DNA of 64,000 nt from an uncultured bacterium (GTDB lineage: Bacteria; Patescibacteriota; Minisyncoccia; Phycocordibacterales; PALSA-1337), in NCBI GenBank assembly GCA_963848635.1, contig CAWKEA010000005.1, positions 111,341 to 175,340 on the forward strand. Reading direction: 5' to 3'. The notes under the pieces were generated by a model. The model did not search any database. It was given only the letters and a program-made list of their open reading frames with translations, and was not told where the DNA came from. This document shows positions 48,301 to 57,768 of this stretch, piece after piece (position 1 is the stretch's first letter; each line of letters begins with the position of its first letter). The translations under genes were made by a program, and so were the position numbers.

Positions 48301-51300
48301 CTATGCGAGAGGGATATTTGGGCAGACGATATTGATCAACCTTCCTTTTACAAGGATGATCCTTGATGGCGTCCCTCCATTGAGCCATTTTTTGACTGAT
48401 TCGAGCGCCAGTGCGGCGGTTTTGACGGCCTCATCAGAAGCATCGGCACTGACGTCCATTTCAGCCCTGGTTTTGCCGTTTATCTGCACGGCAATCTTGA
48501 TGCTTGACCCGACCAAGAGCGCCGGATCATATGCTGGCCAGGATTGCGCATGGATCGAGCCTTTGTTTCCAAGCACGCTCCAAAGCTCTTCGGTGATATG
48601 CGGCGCGAATGGCGCGAGAAGTTGCAAGAAAATGCCATAATTTTCTTTCGACACGGTTCCTTCGCCTGCAGCAGCTTTCTTGTCCTCCGTAGCTTTAGCG
48701 GAGGAGGATTCAAACTCGTTCAAGAGGATCATGAGAGCCGAGACGGCGGTGTTGAAGCGCATTGATTCGATGTCCTCGGAGACTTTTTTGATCGTTTTGT
48801 GGACAAGGGGGATGAGCTTTGGGTTTTCATTTTTGAGTTTTGCATTTTGAGTTTTGCATTTTTCTTGCAGTTTCCACACACGTTCAAGGAAACGGCGACA
48901 GCCGACGATGCCGTTCTCGTCCCAACTGATCGCCTGATCGAACGGACCCATGAACATCTCGTAGAGGCGCAGTGAATCGGCGCCGACGTTTTTGACGATT
49001 GCGTCGGGATTGATGACATTGCCGCGGGATTTCGACATCTTTTCTCCGCCGGGACCGAGGACGAAACCGTGCGCAGGTGCGCTTTGATATACGGTTCGGA
49101 TGTCGGAACGAGCCCTTGATCAAAGAGGAATTTGTGCCAGAAGCGCGAATAGAGGAGGTGCAAAGTGACGTGTTCCATGCCGCCGTTGTACCAATCGACC
49201 GGCGTCCAATGCTTCAATTTTTTCATATCAGCGAATTTCGTCGCGTTCTTTGGATCTGTATAGCGCAGATAATACCAGCTCGAGCCTGCCCAATTCGGCA
49301 TAGTGTCCGTTTCGCGCTTTGCTTTACCTTTACATTTAGGACATTTTACATTCACCCACTTTGAAATAGCCGCAAGCGGCGATTCGCCTGTTTCGGTCGG
49401 CTTGTAGTTTTTGACCGGCGGCAATTTGACCGGCAAGTCTTTTTCAGGAACCGGCACGATGCCGCATTTTTCGCAGTGAACGACGGGAATCGGCTCGCCC
49501 CAATATCGCTGGCGCGAGAATATCCAATCGCGCAGTTTGAACCTGTTCACCCATTGGCCGCAGGCGTATGCAGTGATCTCTTTCCTTATTTCGGCGCTTT
49601 TCTTGTCATTGAAACTGCCAGAATTTATGAGCAATCCTTCGCCGATGAAAGCGATATCAGTCTCGGAATGCAATCGAGCGAGCCAGAGCGGCAATTCCGA
49701 ATTGACCATCTTGCCGGGGATGAAATCAGCGGGGTCAATCCAGAGTATCTGGTTGCCTTCGCCGTTCTCGTCCGTTATCGGCACCCGCGCGTCGCTCTTC
49801 AATTCAAAGTAAAGGCCTGTGGCGATGGCGATCCTGTTCTCATCCTTGTGCTTGGCGAAATATTCGGCGCGCACCGGAGAGCCGAGCTTCTTCTTGAACT
49901 CGATATCGGTGTAGCCTGTCTCCTCCCTGACTTCCCTTTTTGCCGCTTCCACAAAATCCTCGCCAGCCTCGACACCGCCGATGACGACGGTATCCCAGCC
50001 ATGCTTGTCGTTTCGTATGATCAAATATTTTTTCTTGAGAGGGTCAAAGACGATCGCGTGCACGTTCGTCCGTATCTTGGACGGCTTGTCCGCGCGCGGC
50101 GGGTTCACATGGTCGACGATGCACGGCATTATGGCTTCCTTTATCGGTAAATCATATTTCTTGGCAAAGGCAAGATCACGGTCGTCGTGCGCTGGCACGG
50201 CCATCACGGCGCCGGTGCCGTAATCGGCAAGTACGTAGTCGGCGATGTATACGGGCACTTCTTCGCCGTTAACGGGATTTATCGCTTTGACTCCTTTCAA
50301 TTCGACGCCCATTTTTTCGCGGGTTGCATCGGTGCGTTCGATATCGCTTTCTTTCTTTGTCCTCGTTATATAGATAAGAGCCTCGCTCCTGTTTTTAATC
50401 AAAGGAAGAAAATCGCGGACCAGCGGATGCTCGGGAGCGAGCACGAGATATGTCACGCCGAACAAAGTGTCTGGGCGGGTAGTGAAGACCGTGATCGATG
50501 GCACGACGGCTTTCAATATTTCAGGTTCTTGATCTGCACGAAAATGCTCTCCATTGCTCTTTGTCTCTATGAGGCGAGCTTTCAAATTATTCGAAAGATG
50601 GCGAATATATTCGATTCTGAATTCTTCTTTAAGATCAGAGAGGATCGATATCTTTCCATTGGCCAAGCGTCGAATGAGATCATAATCTATATTCCAAGTA
50701 AAATTCTTCCAGTATGGTCTAGATTCAGCTTTGGGAAAAGAAGGATCGATTGCAGGAGAAACAAGAACAAGCCCAAAGATCGGTTTGTTCAACTTCATCA
50801 ATGCTTTCATCGCAACTACAGAGCCAAGCGAATGAGCGACGATGACGGTATTTTCATCGATCTTGCAATTTTGCAACACATATTCGACTTGTTCCGATTC
50901 TCTTGGATCCTCTGTGTTTGGAAGTTCGGGGATCTCAACTTCGTGACCGCGGCTTTCAAGTTCTGACTTGAGCCAGGCCCGAAAACTTCCTTTGGCGCTT
51001 CCTCTAAAACCATGAAGCAAAATGTATTTTAGTTTTTGCGGGCTCTTGAGTTCAAAGCTTATCTCCGCGCCTTCGCTCTTTCCGATCCAATTCCTCTGTT
51101 GGGCCTTGATCTCCGGCAAGTAATTCACCAGATCGAGGTCTTTGTCGAGGCGGTCGGCATATTTCGTGATGGCGAGCATCCACTGCTCCTTCTCGCGCTT
51201 TTCGACCGGCGTGCCGCAACGCTCGCATTTGCCGTCGACGACTTCCTCGTTGGCAAGGCCGATCAGGTCTTTCGGGCACCAATTGATGGCCATTTTTTTC

Positions 51301-51752
51301 TTGTAAGCGAGGCCATTCTTCAAGAATTGAAGGAAGATCCATTGCGTCCATTTATAGTAGTTCGGATCGGTCGTATTTATCTCGCGCGACCAATCAAAGG
51401 AAAAGCCGAGCGATTTCAATTGCTTGCGAAAAATAGCGGTGTTTTTCTTTGTGACGACGGCTGGCTGTATGCCGGTCTTGATCGCATAGTTCTCTGTCGG
51501 CAAACCAAAGGCATCCCAACCGATTGGATAGAGGACGTTGTAGCCTTCGCGGCGGCGCTTGCGCGAGATGATGTCCATGGCCGTGTTGCTCCTGATGTGC
51601 CCGACATGAAGGCCGTCGCCGGATGGGTATGGAAATTCGATGAGCGAATACCATTTCGGCTTCTTGGACGTGTCGCTCGCGACAAAAGCCTTTTTCTTGT
51701 CCCATTCCTTTTGCCATTTCGGCTCGATTTTTTTGTGGTCGTAGGGTTTCAT
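48301..51752 (-). CDS. leuS: Leucyl-tRNA synthetase with two in-frame inserted domains (alpha/beta-hydrolase at about 50499-51035, NUDIX at about 49659-50123) and an apparent frameshift at about 49069-49082 before the KMSKS motif
   Basis: HIGH-region PYPSGDGLHVGHIR, CP1 editing motifs TTRPDT and GTGAVMAVPAHD, KMSKSRGN in the downstream frame; inserted HGFRGS..VAHSLGS..D..H serine-hydrolase unit and Nudix box GGVEAGEDFVEAAKREVREETG. Confidence 0.85.
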
Positions 51753-51774
51753 GTGAGATTATATTAGATAAGAT

Positions 51775-52482
51775 TTACTGCTTCTTTTCAAAAGTAAATA
51801 TTGTACAAACATATTCATCACTATTTATCTTGTCCTTTTTGACTAGCTTCAATCCATTGTCTTCGAGGAGATCCTTATAATAATCTTCCTCTCTATCGTA
51901 ATCGATAACGGTGCCCATATCAGGAATCTCAACATAATGGAGATATTCTTTGTATTCCTTGCCTTTGAAATCAATGACATTTTTTTCTATAAAAAGATCT
52001 TTTTGAGTTTCAAGCTTGTTTCTTAGATATTCTTCGCTCGAGACTACCATGATCAACTTCCCGTTTTCATTGAGCATCGCCGATATCTTCTGAGCGACAT
52101 TGCTTAAATCGGCTTCTATGAAATGAGGAAAGACATATATAGCAGTGACGAAATCAAACTTTTCGCTTATCTTTAAATCCTGAAATGTATCTGGATATAT
52201 TTTTACATTGTTCTTGCTTATATCGCTTTTTGAGAAGTAGTCGAGACTCTTTTTTGAAGGCTCACAACCAGTAATAAAGACGTCATCGCCATATCTTTTC
52301 TTTAACATTCTTATAAAAAAACCGATTCCAGAGCCAATATCAAATAGCTTGAAGGGCGCTTTCTTATTTGAAATTATCTCATCAAGAATGAATTTGTTTA
52401 CAGCGACATTCAAGTGAGTCTTGTCCTGATTCACCCAGTTGATTTTGTTGTATTGCTGAAAGAAAAAGTTACGATTTTTCAT
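51775..52482 (-). CDS. Class I SAM-dependent methyltransferase in a strongly AT-rich segment
   Basis: Motif I LFDIGSGIGFF; AT content clearly higher than the flanking leuS and secA. Confidence 0.65.
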   Translation of the reverse strand: MKNRNFFFQQYNKINWVNQDKTHLNVAVNKFILDEIISNKKAPFKLFDIGSGIGFFIRMLKKRYGDDVFITGCEPSKKSLDYFSKSDISKNNVKIYPDTFQDLKISEKFDFVTAIYVFPHFIEADLSNVAQKISAMLNENGKLIMVVSSEEYLRNKLETQKDLFIEKNVIDFKGKEYKEYLHYVEIPDMGTVIDYDREEDYYKDLLEDNGLKLVKKDKINSDEYVCTIFTFEKKQ

Positions 52483-52520
52483 CTTTGAGATATTAACACG
52501 GAAATTGTTTGCATCAAACC

Positions 52521-53102
52521 TCAATCTTTTATCTTCTTTATCCCAAGAATAACCAAGATAACGAGAGCAACCGCGAGGACACCAAATCGCAGATAATCGT
52601 TCATATCCGACCAATAGCGGACCGAAGCGACGACGAGCGCGAGCACGCCGCCGAGCGAAAGGCCGAGCGAGACTGCGGCAGACTTTTGGATGAAGAAGCC
52701 GACAATGAGCGAGATCACTCCCAAAATAACGAGGACGACGAACACATTGCGATTATATACGCTATCTGCAGTAGTGAAATTCTTTTGGCAGGTAAAGTTG
52801 ACGTCGCAGTAGCCAGCAGGTTGTTCGATTACAACTTTGGAAAGTGTTCCTTGCGGCGTTGGAGCTGGAACGGCATAAGCGGCATTGCTCGTCCAACCGC
52901 CGCCGACAGCAACGCATTCGGCCTGTGTTGAGGGCGGCGTTGTCACTTGGGCAACCGGACAGAAATTCTCGAACGTTGGCACGTTATAAAAAACCTTTAT
53001 GCCATAGACGAAAAAGAGGTTGAGCACAATGACGATTCCAAGAATCAAAAGCCATTTCAAGACTTTACTTGGCTGAGAGAATGATGTGTTTTGTATTTCC
53101 AT
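52521..53102 (-). CDS. Hypothetical membrane protein (start MEIQNTSF at 53102)
   Basis: N-terminal TM, Cys-containing ectodomain, C-terminal TM helices. Confidence 0.5.
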   Translation of the reverse strand: MEIQNTSFSQPSKVLKWLLILGIVIVLNLFFVYGIKVFYNVPTFENFCPVAQVTTPPSTQAECVAVGGGWTSNAAYAVPAPTPQGTLSKVVIEQPAGYCDVNFTCQKNFTTADSVYNRNVFVVLVILGVISLIVGFFIQKSAAVSLGLSLGGVLALVVASVRYWSDMNDYLRFGVLAVALVILVILGIKKIKD

Positions 53103-53214
53103 GATAGATATATGATACGCCGATATCCCCTCTTGCACAAATACGAGATCAGATCTAGTGCAAGAAAAAAGCCCTCGATCTTTTTGAGATCGCAGGCTTT
53201 TTAGGAAACTACGT

Positions 53215-53415
53215 CTATATTGACGACGCTGACGACGCACCACGCACAATCGTAATGACAAGAATAAGCACGATGGCCAGGATGATCCAAGCAAGAAAAC
53301 TAAAGCCTTTGTGCTCTGCAGAACCAGAACCACTATGGTTATGGTCGAGGATCATTCCACGTGATGTGTCGATGTCAAGGAATCCGAAATGTACACGGCG
53401 ACGGAAACGATTCAT
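53215..53415 (-). CDS. Small membrane protein with C-terminal TM helix, hypothetical
   Basis: 66-aa ORF ending in AWIILAIVLILVITIV. Confidence 0.4.
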   Translation of the reverse strand: MNRFRRRVHFGFLDIDTSRGMILDHNHSGSGSAEHKGFSFLAWIILAIVLILVITIVRGASSASSI

Positions 53416-53584
53416 ATAATGCCTTTCTGTTTATTTTTTGAAGAACCGCAAAAACTCTATCGCCATCGATACTACCATACAACACAGTTGACGTCAAGGT
53501 ACCGCTCGTGATGTGATGTATCTGTCATATTCTATATAGTTTGACGAAACTCGGCTTTACAAAACCAAACGATAGCGCTCTTCT

Positions 53585-56326
53585 TTATTTACCCGCCGTC
53601 AATTTCTGATGCTCTTCGGTATTTTTTAGCCCGCAATTCTTGTATTTCTTGCCACTGCCGCACGGACATAGGTCATTACGACCGATTTCAGGCTTCTTTT
53701 GAGCAAGCGAGCCCCCCGAAGCCGGACTTTCGGCATGAGTGATAGCATCAGCGTCTGAACGGACTTCCTGCAATTTGGGAGCTTGCGGCGTGATGACGCC
53801 GCCAGCGACATGTGGCAAGAGCTCAAGGATCTTGTTGTTGATGGCGTCCTGCATCTCACGGAAAAGGCGAAGGCCCTCTTTTTTATATTCAACCAAAGGA
53901 TCGCGCTGGCCGTAAGCGCGCAAGTTGACGGATGACCGCGTATAATCCATGAGCTCGAGATGCTCGACCCAGAACATATCGATGACCTGGAGCATGAGCT
54001 GACGGACGACCTGTAGGAAGCGCTCGCGTCCGATATCGGCGATCTTTTTGTCGACGATCGAATGCATTTGAGAAGATCCATCCAAGGCGCTCACGAGACC
54101 CCCTCGATCTTTTGGAGTCGCTCCGCTTGTGATCTCAATGACCTCATCCAATTTCTCCTCGACCACATCTGGTGTGCCGGTCAAAAGAGCGCGGCGGCGA
54201 TCATAGACTGCCTTTCTCTGCGTATTCAAAACGTCGTCGTACTGGAGGATGTTCTTGCGCGAATCGAAATTGAAGCCTTCTATCTTTGTCTGAGCGCTCT
54301 CGAGGGCGCGGCTGACGATGGAATTCTGTATCGGCTCGTCTTCGGGCATGCCGAGGCGGTTCATGAGGCCTTTTATCTTGTCGCCAGCGAAGACGCGCAT
54401 GAGCGAATCTTCGAGAGAGACCATGAACTGCGTCTTGCCAGGATCGCCCTGACGGCCGGAACGGCCGCGGAGCTGATTGTCGATGCGACGCGCCTCGTGG
54501 CGCTCGGTGCCGAGGACGAAAAGGCCGCCGATGCTTTTTACTTTTTCATATGCATCTGTCGAGCCAGGATTGCCGCCAAGCTTGATATCGACGCCGCGGC
54601 CCGCCATATTCGTGGCGATAGTAACGCCGCCAGGGCGGCCTGCCTGGGCGATGATCTCGCCTTCGCGCTCGTGGTTCTTCGCGTTCAAAATCTCGTGCTG
54701 TATGCCTTCTGCTTTTAGAAATTGCGACAGAACCTCGTTTTTCTCGATGGAAACCGTGCCAACGAGCACCGGCTGGCCCACAGCATTCAGCTCTTTTATC
54801 TTGCGGGCGATGGCCTTGAATTTGCCCATCTCCGTACGGAACATGAGATCAGTCTCGTCGATGCGGGCAGTCGGTCTGTTCGGCGGCACTACGACCACAT
54901 CGAGGCCATAGACCTTGTAGAATTCCTCGCCGGAAGTGGCCGCAGTCCCTGTCATGCCAGCGAGCTTTTTATAAAGCCTGAAATAATTCTGGAACGTAAT
55001 GGAGGCGAACGTGCGCGACTCTTTTTGAACGGCTACGCCCTCTTTTGCCTCGATGGCCTGATGCAAGCCTTCCGACCAACGGCGGCCTGGCTGTAGGCGG
55101 CCGGTGAACGTATCGACTATGACTATCTCGTTGTTCTTTACGACATAATCCTGGTTGAGATGATAGAGGCCTTTGGCTTTGATGGCAGTCTCGAGATGAT
55201 GGACGTATTTGATGCCTTTGTCAGTATATATGTTGTCTATGCCGAGCTTCTTCTCGGCTTTTTCTATGCCAAGAGGGGTAAGGGTGACCGCGCGATGCTT
55301 TTCCTCGACGATGTAGTCTTCGTCTTCCTTGAAAGAAGAGACCATGCCGGCGAATATCTGGTACAAGTTCTCCGATTCGGCCGCGGGAGCCGAGATGATG
55401 AGCGGCGTACGCGCCTCGTCTATGAGGATGGAATCGATCTCGTCGACGATGGCGAAATTAAACGGGCGCTGGCGCAGTCTGGCTGGGTCATATTCGAGAT
55501 TGTCGCGCAAGTAATCAAAGCCGAACTCGTTGTTCGTGCCATACGTGATGTCGGCATTATATGCTTCCTGGCGCGTGCACGGACGGAGGAATTCATGGAC
55601 GACTTTGAATGAGCCGATCTGGTCGACTTCTTTGATTAAAGAGTCATTTGCATTGCTTCGCGGAACCGAAGCATTCGGGAGCACGGATATTTTCTTGCTA
55701 GAAAATTCCTCGTGCTCGCTCCGTCGAGCTCGCAAGGCTCCCTCATTGCTTGGTTCCGCTTCGCCCTGCCTATGCTTTGGATCATATATAAAAGAAGCCT
55801 CGTGGTTCACCACGCCGACCGAAAGTCCGAGCGCATTGTAGATCTGTCCCATCCAGACAGCGTCGCGGCGCGAGAGGTAGTCGTTCACGGTGACAACATG
55901 CACGCCGCGGCCAGTGAGCGCATTCAAATAGACCGGCAAGGTGGCCACGAGCGTCTTGCCTTCGCCTGTGCGCATCTCTGCGATATTGCCATTATGAAGA
56001 ATCGCTCCGCCCATGATCTGGACATCGAAATGCCTCTGTCCGAGCGTCCTTTTTGCCGCTTCGCGAACGCAGGCGAAAGCTTCCGGCATGATCTCATCAA
56101 GGATCTCTTTTTCAGCCTGCAGTCTCTCTCCCTCGGCGGCCGCCAGCAATCTTTCACCGGCCATCTTTGCCGTTATCCGGTCTTTGAAATGGGAGGTTTT
56201 AGCCTTGAGCTGTTCATCAGATAACGACGAGATGGCACTTTCAAGCTCGTTCGTCTGCGCCACGACAGGCTCATACGCCTTTATCTTGCGGCTTTGACCA
56301 TTGAAAATAGTGTTTAAAAACGACAT
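53585..56326 (-). CDS. secA: Preprotein translocase ATPase SecA
   Basis: 913 aa; DEAD-like motor motifs, C-terminal zinc finger CPCGSGKKYKNC. Confidence 0.95.
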   Translation of the reverse strand: MSFLNTIFNGQSRKIKAYEPVVAQTNELESAISSLSDEQLKAKTSHFKDRITAKMAGERLLAAAEGERLQAEKEILDEIMPEAFACVREAAKRTLGQRHFDVQIMGGAILHNGNIAEMRTGEGKTLVATLPVYLNALTGRGVHVVTVNDYLSRRDAVWMGQIYNALGLSVGVVNHEASFIYDPKHRQGEAEPSNEGALRARRSEHEEFSSKKISVLPNASVPRSNANDSLIKEVDQIGSFKVVHEFLRPCTRQEAYNADITYGTNNEFGFDYLRDNLEYDPARLRQRPFNFAIVDEIDSILIDEARTPLIISAPAAESENLYQIFAGMVSSFKEDEDYIVEEKHRAVTLTPLGIEKAEKKLGIDNIYTDKGIKYVHHLETAIKAKGLYHLNQDYVVKNNEIVIVDTFTGRLQPGRRWSEGLHQAIEAKEGVAVQKESRTFASITFQNYFRLYKKLAGMTGTAATSGEEFYKVYGLDVVVVPPNRPTARIDETDLMFRTEMGKFKAIARKIKELNAVGQPVLVGTVSIEKNEVLSQFLKAEGIQHEILNAKNHEREGEIIAQAGRPGGVTIATNMAGRGVDIKLGGNPGSTDAYEKVKSIGGLFVLGTERHEARRIDNQLRGRSGRQGDPGKTQFMVSLEDSLMRVFAGDKIKGLMNRLGMPEDEPIQNSIVSRALESAQTKIEGFNFDSRKNILQYDDVLNTQRKAVYDRRRALLTGTPDVVEEKLDEVIEITSGATPKDRGGLVSALDGSSQMHSIVDKKIADIGRERFLQVVRQLMLQVIDMFWVEHLELMDYTRSSVNLRAYGQRDPLVEYKKEGLRLFREMQDAINNKILELLPHVAGGVITPQAPKLQEVRSDADAITHAESPASGGSLAQKKPEIGRNDLCPCGSGKKYKNCGLKNTEEHQKLTAGK

Positions 56327-56349
56327 TAGGATGATATTCTAGCACATTC

Positions 56350-57495
56350 TTAGTAAATATAAATGACTTCCCTCTCGATATCGATACCCGTTTTCTCTTT
56401 AACCGCTTTTTCGACCTCTCGTGCGACTTTTTCCACATCATCAAAGCTCGCGCCGCCATAGTTAACGATGACCAGGGCCTGTGTCTCGTGGATGCCTGCC
56501 GCGCCAAATCGTTTTCCCTTCAATCCGCAGACTTTGTCGATGATCCAAGCGAGCGGCACTTTTACACGCTCATCTGTGCCCTCGGCAGTTTCGGGAAAAC
56601 CTGGAAGCTCTGGATATTTTTCCTTTAGTTCCTTGAATTTCTTGTTTGAAATGATCGGGTTTTTGAAAAAAGAGCCTGCTGTGCCGACTTTTTTCACATC
56701 AGGCAATTTTGCCATGCGGATAGCGATGACTGCATCGCGCACCTCGGATATCGAAGGAATAGCCTTTGAAAATTTAGACTTGGAATTTATCTGGAGCTTG
56801 GGATTTTGCGCTTGGGATTTTCTTTGGCTACCGACCATTCTGCCTTGACCATTTTTATCGAAGTATTCCGACAGATCTCTGTATGAGATGTCAGGCTCAG
56901 CATTTTTCATTAACTTAAAGAGGACTGAGACGATGACATATCTGCCCTTTTTATGCTTGAAGATGCTGTCGCGGTAAGAAAAACCGCATTCTTCTTTTGA
57001 TATGGTCTTGAGACTGCGAGCTTTGGTATCAAAAACTTCGACGCTCTCGATCATGTCGCCCGCTTCGACTCCATACGCGCCGATATTCTGCACAGGCGCC
57101 GCCCCGACAGTGCCGGGAATGAACGAGAGATTCTCAAGGCCGCCGTAATTCCTCTCGACGCACCATGCGACAAAGCCGTCCCAATCTTCCCCTGCGCCGG
57201 CGCGGATATGGACAAAATTCGGATCACGAAGGCTTCGAGCGGCGCTTTCGACTTCTATCCCCTTTATCTCCATCTTTATCACAAGGCCGTCGAATTCTTT
57301 GTCCGAGACGAGGATGTTCGATCCGCCGCCGAGAATGCAGATTTTGAGCGACTTTTCTTTTACAAAATCAGCTGCCGTTTTGAGTTCTTCCTTTTCCCTT
57401 ATCACAGCGAAAAACCGCGCCGGACCGCCGATGTGGAATGTCGTCAGGTCTTTGAGGGACTGCCCATGGAGCATCTTCATGAGAGAAGTATACAT
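56350..57495 (-). CDS. murB: UDP-N-acetylenolpyruvoylglucosamine reductase MurB (with an internal insertion of about 35 aa)
   Basis: FAD-binding LKDLTTFHIGGPARFF...ILGGGSNIL and C-terminal MurB domain. Confidence 0.85.
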   Translation of the reverse strand: MYTSLMKMLHGQSLKDLTTFHIGGPARFFAVIREKEELKTAADFVKEKSLKICILGGGSNILVSDKEFDGLVIKMEIKGIEVESAARSLRDPNFVHIRAGAGEDWDGFVAWCVERNYGGLENLSFIPGTVGAAPVQNIGAYGVEAGDMIESVEVFDTKARSLKTISKEECGFSYRDSIFKHKKGRYVIVSVLFKLMKNAEPDISYRDLSEYFDKNGQGRMVGSQRKSQAQNPKLQINSKSKFSKAIPSISEVRDAVIAIRMAKLPDVKKVGTAGSFFKNPIISNKKFKELKEKYPELPGFPETAEGTDERVKVPLAWIIDKVCGLKGKRFGAAGIHETQALVIVNYGGASFDDVEKVAREVEKAVKEKTGIDIEREVIYIY

Positions 57496-57679
57496 CTAAT
57501 CAAGTAATCAGGAGAGACGAAAAAAATTGACCGATGCCGAAAATGCGCACGAAACGCATTTCCATGCATCGACGAGATGATTGCACCGAATGTCGGCGAA
57601 CGGGTGTTGTCTCCAAAATAAAATGTGTATAATTTATGTGAGTACAGCCGTCCGCCGGCATTTGGAACAATCCTCTGAA

Positions 57680-57708
57680 ATTATAGCTTAGACCTGGAGC
57701 GTAGACAA
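57680..57708 (-). promoter_or_regulatory. Sigma70-like promoter on the minus strand (TTGTCT, 17 nt, TATAAT) about 180 nt upstream of murB
   Basis: Minus strand reads cttgtctacgctccaggtctaagctataat. Confidence 0.5.
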
Positions 57709-57768
57709 GCAGAAATCAGGAAGACTGCTGGATATTGGCATTGGAATCATCAGCGAAGCGAGCAACGC

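Noticed and set aside
48301-49038. The LeuRS C-terminal piece could be a genuine split beta-subunit, as in Aquifex alpha/beta LeuRS
   Set aside because: The downstream frame has no start codon before the M of KMSKS and would lose the lysine. The upstream ORF runs through in the wrong frame, and LeuRS-like sequence (GFVLGPGGEK) is encoded upstream of that M in the -1 frame. A frameshift or indel is more parsimonious.
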